DNA of 64,000 nucleotides, taken from the NCBI GenBank assembly GCA_963699545.1, contig CAVOUE010000006.1, positions 192,001 through 256,000 of the forward strand, given 5' to 3'. The first letter of the stretch is position 1. Every line of letters starts with the position of its first letter. The notes beneath the pieces are model-generated. The model searched no databases. It was not told where the DNA came from and worked only from the letters and a program-made list of their open reading frames with translations. The DNA comes from Nitrospirota bacterium (GTDB taxonomy: Bacteria; Nitrospirota; Thermodesulfovibrionia; Thermodesulfovibrionales; UBA9159). A program made the translations under genes and the position numbers. Shown piece by piece: positions 57,117 to 64,000 of the stretch.

Positions 57117-57514
57117 CGTCATTCCCGCGCCGTGCCTGCCGGCAGGCAGGCAAGCGGGAATCCAGGTTTTCCGCAAAAAAGGGAGCCCTCCCTATAGTTG
57201 ATCATAGAGATCATTCCACTCAGGATTATTCTTCTCAATAAGTTCCAGTTTCCACTTCCGGTTCCATTTCTTTATTTGCTTCTCCCTATTTATTGCTGCC
57301 TTAGCAGTTTCATGTATCTCATACCAAATCAGGTGGTGGACATTATACTTCTTTGTAAAACCATCAACAAGATTATTCTTATGTTCGTAGACGCGTTTGA
57401 TTAAGTCTGACGTCACTCCCATGTACAAAGTGCCATTCCGCTTATTGCAAAGCATATAGGCAAAGAACCTTTTCATATCTCTTTTGTCTGGATTCCCGTT
57501 TTCACGGGAATGAC
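57117..57514. mobile_element. GIY-YIG gene enclosed by inverted GTCATTCCC...GGGAATCCAG palindromes
   Basis: Left arm 57117-57165, right arm 57488-57514 in inverted orientation; AT-rich cargo inside a pilin operon. Confidence 0.7.
57192..57476 (-). CDS. GIY-YIG nuclease family protein (YhbQ/UPF0213-like)
   Basis: AYMLCNKRNGTLYMGVTSDLIKRVYEH, AINREKQIKKWNRKWK. Confidence 0.92.
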   Translation of the reverse strand: MKRFFAYMLCNKRNGTLYMGVTSDLIKRVYEHKNNLVDGFTKKYNVHHLIWYEIHETAKAAINREKQIKKWNRKWKLELIEKNNPEWNDLYDQL

Positions 57515-57536
57515 AGAATTTGTTTGTCCGGACCAA

Positions 57537-60500
57537 TCACATCTTCTTCCACCAGAGGATCTTGATGGGATTCCCCCCTGTGGTGGAGGGAGTAAAATCA
57601 TTGCCTCCTATCTGGACAACAGTGCCGTCAAAGGTCACCACATAGGCGTGTTTGTTCTCGATATCGATCCCGCCCACCACCGCACCGGCCAGCGCTATGG
57701 GAGAGTCCTGAATGGTCCCGGTGGCGCGGCTCGCCATGATGAACCTTCCCTTGCTGCCGCTCCTTACAAGGTCAGGCCGCCCCACATCAGAGTATCCCTG
57801 CCCTGTGGCGATATAGACATTTCCTCCCCCGTCCATGAGGGGAGGGCTCCACATTTTTTCACCCACATTCAGGACTAGGGGAGCGTCCTTTCCGCTCACC
57901 GGGTCTTTCCACAGCGATTCCACACCCAAAGGGGTCACCTGCAGTGCATAGACGTGATACCGGGAGATGTCTTGATCGGCGAGGCTGTCCCTTGCGCCTG
58001 TGCCGAAGACTATGTAATTCCTGTATACGGACAGGGATGCGCCAATGGGCTCTTTAGCTCCCACCGGTCTATCATCGGAATCCTTCACGAGATACGCGGG
58101 CTTGTCACCGGTAAGGCTTTTGCCGTCCACCGACCGCAGTATCCACAGCCTCCCCTGCATATCGCCAAAGGCCAGATAGTCCTGCGTTCCTGTATCGTCA
58201 ACATCCACAAGAACAGGTATGGCAGGCGTCTCATTGACACCAACGGAGTCTCCGGTGTGGAGGATTCTTCGTTTCCCACACAAGATCACCCGTTCTGAAA
58301 TCCAGGGCATAGGCGCTCAATCCCCAGACATCGTGCGGAAGGTCGGCACTGCCGGTATTCACCCGGTTTACCCATTTCGAGGTGAGGAATATAAAGGTAT
58401 TCAGTTTTGTGCCCACCTGGACCCTCCCCACTGCCGCACCTCTGGAGTTGCCCATGTTGATGTCGAACACCGAACTCTCTGCGTTCATGTACGAAGCCGG
58501 GAAGTATCCGCCATTATGATCGGCCGCCATGGGATAATAGTTCCTCCCGATCTTCTGTACCGCCGGGTCCACCTTGTTTCCATATGTCCTTTCCCAGAGG
58601 AGCTTCGGGATGTAGGGGTTCGTAACGTCAAGGGCAAATACGACACCCTGGTTAGCGCTCTGCAGGTTCTGACCCGGCGACAGTATCACCGCCGTTCCCA
58701 CAAGGACCGTCTTCCATACATGTGGAGTGTTGGGGTCGTTATCATGATCAACAAAGAAATCTCCTATCGCCGGAGAACCGTCCACAGCCACCGCCACGGG
58801 GAACGCGGGACACACGCAGTTGTTGGCATCCGCGTTGGGGGTGCAGCCCTGGACATGGTCTCCGGGATTACAGTCCGTGAAGGTCTGCTTCCGGAGCGAT
58901 GAAAGAAGAGAGGAAGGGATATACGCCCAGATCTCTTTCCCCGTCCCCTGGGAATAGCCGCCGCTGCCGCTGTTCATGTTCTGATCCCACGAACCGGCAT
59001 GAAAGGCATGGAGCATGCCGTCATCGCCTCCCGCAAATACGATCTTGTCCCTGTCCATGACAGTTCCGGTATTGTCCCTTATCACCGACGAACGCTTCAG
59101 GACCGCAGGGGTCGAATGCTCAATGCCGCCCAGCCTCTTCCTTATATCACGTGTTCCCAGCGGATTCATCTCGGTGGCATCGGATCTCCCCCTCACTGAA
59201 TTTATCAGTGCGCGGGCCCAGTTGAGAGACCGTGTGTCAGAGGGGTCAAGATAGGGTCCGAGGATGCCCGCCTTGCTGTCCTCAAAATTCACCATGGCTC
59301 CGGTACCGGGGATATTGGTAAAGATATACCTTGCGCTGTTGCTCCTGGCGGGCGCAGCAGGATTGTTCGCCCCGGCAGCAGGCATGGTGCTGTGCTTGCC
59401 CGCATCCCAGAGCACGGCATTGCTCAGAACATCAAGGGCGTAGAGATGCCCCTTGTATCCGGGATACTCAAAAGTCCCCTTATAAAGGACATTGTCTTTC
59501 ACTATAGGAGATGCCTTGTTGTATTCATTCGGGACGATCTGGAGCTGGAGGCCCAGGAGGGTGTTGAGAACGTATCTGATCCCGCAGGTATTGGACCTGG
59601 CCCAGTCAATGGCGCAGGAGGTGGCGAGAGATCCCAGGGCAAGTGTGGAAGCAGGAGTGCAGGTTGATACGCTTGCAGTATTCGGAGTGCATAGCTGCGC
59701 AGGAGCTTTAGGATCTGTGACATCAGCAACCTCTATCAAGAATGCCTGTTTATCAGGATCGGGTGGCAGCAGACCTGCGGGAAAGGTGACAAGGATCTTT
59801 GTAATGTTCGTGGTCGTAGTCGTGAGGTTGCCGATGACAATGGATGAAAGTTTTTTCGTGGTTGGGTCGTAGAGCGCTCTTTCCGACTGCACATAGATCG
59901 TTCCGTCATGGGCGATATCCTCCACAGGATTCGAAATGTCATAGGAAAGTTTCGGACAGTTCACTCCCTGGGTACAGCCGGAATAGACCGCCTCTATGGT
60001 CACGACGGCGTGTTCCACGATTGAGATATCCCGGTCAAATGAGAGGTCGAAGGTCCTGTCGGAAGGAACAGGCAGTTCTGTGTTTGAACATTGAATATAG
60101 CGGTGGCCCGCCAGGTATGCGACATACCCCTGCGTCCGTATGCCGTTTATCCTTCCGCCGACGAAGTGATCGTATCCCGGAGGGCTTGCAGGGATGCCGG
60201 CGCTATAAGCAGAGTTGTCCCTGTCGTGGATGAACCTCGAGACAGTGGAATTGTACGTATAGGGCGACGCGGGCTGCAGGGGATGGCCCGCAGTACTCGT
60301 GTCCTTCCTCGGTCTGAAATTATGAATATGCCCGCTCTGGGGAACGAACTTCCATCCGGAGCACTGGTCGAGATAAAAGGCAGGGTCCTCGAAGACCATG
60401 TCCGCACTGTTCATGCTTCCGTTATTAGAATCTATCCGGGGCACTTTATAGGTCTTATCCGTCAGGAACCCTCCGGAAGCCTGGCTGTCGAGCCCTGTTG

Positions 60501-61491
60501 TCTTCTGCGTCTTCTCCCCTAACTCAATGGAGCCCTCAAGACTTTCGATGGACGCACACTCAAAGAACCCTGCATTCCCCTTTTCGAGGAATGACCTCAT
60601 GGCTGATAAAATCTTATCTCTGTCAGCCTGGACCTTGCTCTCCGACTCCACTATCCAGTGAGGGGCCCAGAGGAGTTGAAAATTGCTGAGAACGCCGTTG
60701 ATGATATCCTGTGAAGTGACGCTCCTGAAGATCGCAAAGACCCTGTTACCCAGACCTGATGCCTTCAGATAATCAAGGAGCACCTGCGTGGCGCCTTCGC
60801 CGAGAACCGCAACCCTGGGCGGCGTCCCGGAAAGGACCTTGTCCACAGGCGCGGAAAAATCATAGCCGGCGATATGCACTTTGGCTGAAAGGTAAGTATT
60901 CCTCATGATATTTTCTGCCGTGGCCCTGATCTCTGGAGTAAGGTCATTGGCGTCTATGACAAAGGGGCCGCCCCTGTAATCGACCTGCGCCAGGCTCCCT
61001 GTAGATGTCAGAGCCTTGCTGTGGATTATCCGGACGGCAGCGTCCGCGCCCCCTTTTGCGATGGAAAAGTCGACGGCCTCCCCGCCTGCTTTGTCGGGGT
61101 TGATGATCCAGTACGCGGGCACTCCATTGGAGAGGAGGTCTAACACCATCCCGTAAGCATGAAAGATGCCCTGGTCATTTCTGTCCGTGTCGCAGCCTGC
61201 AGGGACAGGGGATACCTCGGGGTCATTGTTCGGCTGCCAGCACGGCTCCAGCGGAATGATGTAAGACCCGGCAGGAAAGGTCTTCGAGCCTGCAAGGGCT
61301 TTATCGTGGACAGTGAATACTATCACAAAACCCAAGACAATTACCGGGATGTGTATAAGGAGAAACACCTTGTCATTCCGGGCTTGACCCGGAATCCAGT
61401 GCTTTTCTGGATTCCCGCTTTCGCGGGAATGACGATAATGTCGCCTAATTATTGAAATAGCTCCTCGTAGTTTCTGCACAAGCTCCTTCAT
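57537..61491 (-). CDS. pilY1: type IV pilus tip adhesin PilY1/PilC, copy 2 (frameshift near 58270)
   Basis: LGGIEHSTP, FAGGDDGMLHAF, EIWAYIP, VDGSP, FALDVT, FGDMQGRLW, FGTG. Confidence 0.85.
61372..61433. repeat. GTCATTCC doublet in-frame in the PilY1 signal peptide
   Basis: Reverse complement nearly identical to 45410-45473; translated RHSRESGNPEKHWIPGQARND. Confidence 0.9.
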
Positions 61492-61525
61492 CGTATTCCC
61501 CCTTGAGAAAAAGTCATAAGAAATG

Positions 61526-62143
61526 TCACAGCCTTCTCTGCATCGTAATGTTCCCGGTTTCGGATGTGGAACCCTTCCTCCCTGCACTCTGACCAAACTG
61601 TTTGTACGGGTTCAGAGCTTCCGCGTCGAAGAGGAGGCCTGCCTCGATAGAGGTCCGTGTCTCGTTCTGCCCGGAAGAGGTTGCAACAGCGATGATCACC
61701 TCATCGCTGTCATTGGTATAATCATTGTCAAACTCATCATTATCCTTAAGGTAGACCGTGTAGAACGCTTTCGTTTCCCCTGAATCTGCCCTGTCAGGAA
61801 ACAGTGCGGGGGATGCCCTGCCGGTAACAAAGAAGGTGAGGTCCCGATAGTCGGGACTGGTCTTATTCGAAGCAATTCCCAGCATCCCGCACCAGTCGGG
61901 TGGCTGGCATGAGCCCTTCCTGAGGCTGTCCCTCAATTGTTCGGTCCCTGTCACTGCCGTATAATAGGTCTGGTTCTTTTCCTTTGCCGTTGCGAGCATC
62001 CGGACGAACGTCGCCATCCTGTACGTGAGGGCAATGGCAAACAAAAGGAGCACTGCGGTGAGACAGAGGGCCGCCACCAGTGCGATGCCTTTCTCATTTC
62101 TCATATGGTTCACCATTTTCCCCTGATCCATCAGGGCCTCCAC
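61526..62143 (-). CDS. pilX: PilX-like minor pilin (operon 2)
   Basis: NEKGIALVAAL, no E5. Confidence 0.75.
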   Translation of the reverse strand: MEALMDQGKMVNHMRNEKGIALVAALCLTAVLLLFAIALTYRMATFVRMLATAKEKNQTYYTAVTGTEQLRDSLRKGSCQPPDWCGMLGIASNKTSPDYRDLTFFVTGRASPALFPDRADSGETKAFYTVYLKDNDEFDNDYTNDSDEVIIAVATSSGQNETRTSIEAGLLFDAEALNPYKQFGQSAGRKGSTSETGNITMQRRL

Positions 62144-63162
62144 AGACCCATATTCCTTACGTCCACTACCCGTGTAAGGAGCATCCTTTTAAAAGAATCT
62201 TTAAAGACCCTCGGCGGAAGATCGCCTGCCTGATAGCTCTCATTGTTCGTATACTCGCTGGCGGGAAAGCCCGCCCTCACGAGAAGGGAGATCCTTACGC
62301 TCCTGAGAGCGGGCAGGTCACTGGCAGTTATATGAGAGCGGAAGTTCCCGGGGTCTGTGGAAAGGACGTACTGAAACTGAAGGGCATCCACTCCGCCCCA
62401 CGCCCTGCCCGGGCCGGCTGTCTCGTCAAGGTCGAATGTTTCTCCGCTGTTGCCGCAGTTCCTGTTCCAGCCCGTTTCCTGCAATTCCCGCAACGCATTC
62501 ACGTCAAAGCGGTTCATCCTGACCGCATATACAAAGCTCTGCGCATTGATATCCTGGGCCAGCTGATTTTCACTCACCTCCAGCGTAAGCGGGTCATCGG
62601 CAAAGATCAATCTGCCGCCGGTCTTGGCGGAAACAGTGTAGATCGTACCGCTCCACTGATGAATCCCGTAGGGATATGCGGGCTTCAGAACATCAAAGGT
62701 CACCAGGGCCTTTGCATTGTTTTCGCCGTTGGGGTCGATAGAGGATGGGCTGACATTTGTCGTATTCACAGTTACGGAGGTGTCGTTTCTCTGCGCAGCG
62801 GCACGTATACGCAGATACGGCATGTGTGCGGCGTCCGTCTCGACAGGAAAGGCAGTGAGAAAAGTGACGGCATCGTAAGGGTCCCCGTCGGTGTGCGAGA
62901 GGGAGTTCACACCCTTTATGCCGCAAAAAGTGATAGAGGGGTTCGATCCGATGATGAAACCGGTCATTCTGATCTTTTCGGCCATGTAATCCATCAGGCG
63001 GTTGCCTCTTTCCGAGAGGACCTCGGTATCTTGTATGGATGACATCCTTGCGTTAAGGAAACTGAACGAAGGGTAAAGCAGCCCCATGAAGACGATGAAT
63101 ATGGTCACCGCGATCAGGAGTTCCACCAGGGTCGTTCCTCTTCTGCCGGATATGAGTACCAT
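62131..63162 (-). CDS. pilW: PilW-like minor pilin (operon 2)
   Basis: GTTLVELLIA, GVDALQFQY, VRISLLVR, VRN. Confidence 0.8.
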   Translation of the reverse strand: MVLISGRRGTTLVELLIAVTIFIVFMGLLYPSFSFLNARMSSIQDTEVLSERGNRLMDYMAEKIRMTGFIIGSNPSITFCGIKGVNSLSHTDGDPYDAVTFLTAFPVETDAAHMPYLRIRAAAQRNDTSVTVNTTNVSPSSIDPNGENNAKALVTFDVLKPAYPYGIHQWSGTIYTVSAKTGGRLIFADDPLTLEVSENQLAQDINAQSFVYAVRMNRFDVNALRELQETGWNRNCGNSGETFDLDETAGPGRAWGGVDALQFQYVLSTDPGNFRSHITASDLPALRSVRISLLVRAGFPASEYTNNESYQAGDLPPRVFKDSFKRMLLTRVVDVRNMGLWRP

Positions 63163-63163
63163 G

Positions 63164-63550
63164 TCATCGCGCCTTCTGGGCCGTCAGGGTGAACATTTTC
63201 GGCTGGTTATGATAGGTGTACCTCACGGTAACGGTGATGGTATCAAGATTTCCCATCTGCCGTACTGCCCATGACCTCGTCATGGTGACGCCATTGTCCA
63301 CGAGAGCAGAAGGATTCGAAAAGGAAGGCGCTGCATCCCCCATGAGAGAATCAAGCACGTCCGCGGCCATAGTCCGCGCCGCCACATTAAGATAATTCTC
63401 CCGATCGATGCTTGCTGCGGTTGTCAAGAGCGGCACCAGGGCGAGCAGCGAAATTGAAAAGATAAGAATGGCGAGGAGAACCTCTATGAGCGTAAAACCT
63501 CCTTCACTGCAGCGCAGCATCGGCCGTGTATTCTTTCTCGTCTCATCCAT
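63164..63550 (-). CDS. pilV: PilV-like minor pilin (operon 2)
   Basis: GFTLIEVLLAILIFSISLL. Confidence 0.78.
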   Translation of the reverse strand: MDETRKNTRPMLRCSEGGFTLIEVLLAILIFSISLLALVPLLTTAASIDRENYLNVAARTMAADVLDSLMGDAAPSFSNPSALVDNGVTMTRSWAVRQMGNLDTITVTVRYTYHNQPKMFTLTAQKAR

Positions 63551-63602
63551 TCTTCCCCCATTGCAAGCTTTGTTGAGCTCACGAGAAAATGATTGTTGGG
63601 AA

Positions 63603-63617
63603 GCAATTACCGTGCCT
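63603..63617 (-). promoter_or_regulatory. sigma54 -24/-12 promoter of pilin operon 2
   Basis: AGGCACGGTAATTGC (GG-N10-GC). Confidence 0.75.
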
Positions 63618-63950
63618 TCTTTTCCTTCTTCGTAACATAGCTATAAGTAATGGTTTTCCAGAATCAATATGAGTTGCATTATGAAATGTATTACCTAATA
63701 TGTGTACTATGTTTCACAGTGCAACGCTTAGACACTTAGTACTATCGACCTTTTGCTCTGCTCCTCCCTCGGGAATACGGTCCGCAGGGGCATTGTGCTT
63801 GCGGTCGGTGCCTTACCCCACCCTGTCCGCGCCTGTCATCGTGAGGGTTGTCGGGAAGAGAATAATAAGGAGGGGATCTGTTCTGATATTCTTGGGTCGA
63901 TGACAAAAGAGATAGCATTAAGTTATAATGAACACCAGGGGAGGGACCGC

Positions 63951-64000
63951 GTGAAAAATGCCGAAATCTGGGTATTTATTTTTATCCTCGGTCTTCTCGG
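63951..64000 (+). CDS. partial membrane protein, 5' end only
   Basis: SD GGAGGG, GTG start, MKNAEIWVFIFILGLL. Confidence 0.45.
   Translation, partial: MKNAEIWVFIFILGLL

Overview
Bacterial chromosomal segment, about 55% GC by eye. The 16S sequence and gene content suggest Nitrospirota (Thermodesulfovibrionia-like); I did not verify this by search. Many single-base frameshifts in essential genes point to an unpolished long-read assembly. Left to right: a sugar ABC binding protein, an 11-heme cytochrome c, lgt-lspA-ileS, bioD and an SDR; a complete rrn operon (16S, tRNA-Ile, tRNA-Ala, 23S, 5S) with four intervening sequences; and an accessory stretch (13.6-28 kb). The accessory stretch holds a decayed 5S copy, cassette-like repeats, TA-like genes and a low-GC four-gene locus (ParB-HEPN fusion, radical SAM, small protein, DpnI-like winged helix), which is the best candidate for an undescribed defence or DNA-modification system. 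Housekeeping genes follow (mscL, LTA synthase-family sulfatase, mqnE, uvrA, OmpA, opp permeases, glnE), then archease-rtcB with an in-frame TGA exactly at the catalytic Cys (candidate selenoprotein). The window ends with two tandem sigma54-driven type IV minor pilin/PilY1 operons. A GIY-YIG gene enclosed by inverted GTCATTCC palindromes sits among the pilin genes; its empty doublet copies occur inside the 23S rRNA, between archease and rtcB, and in-frame in a PilY1 signal peptide.
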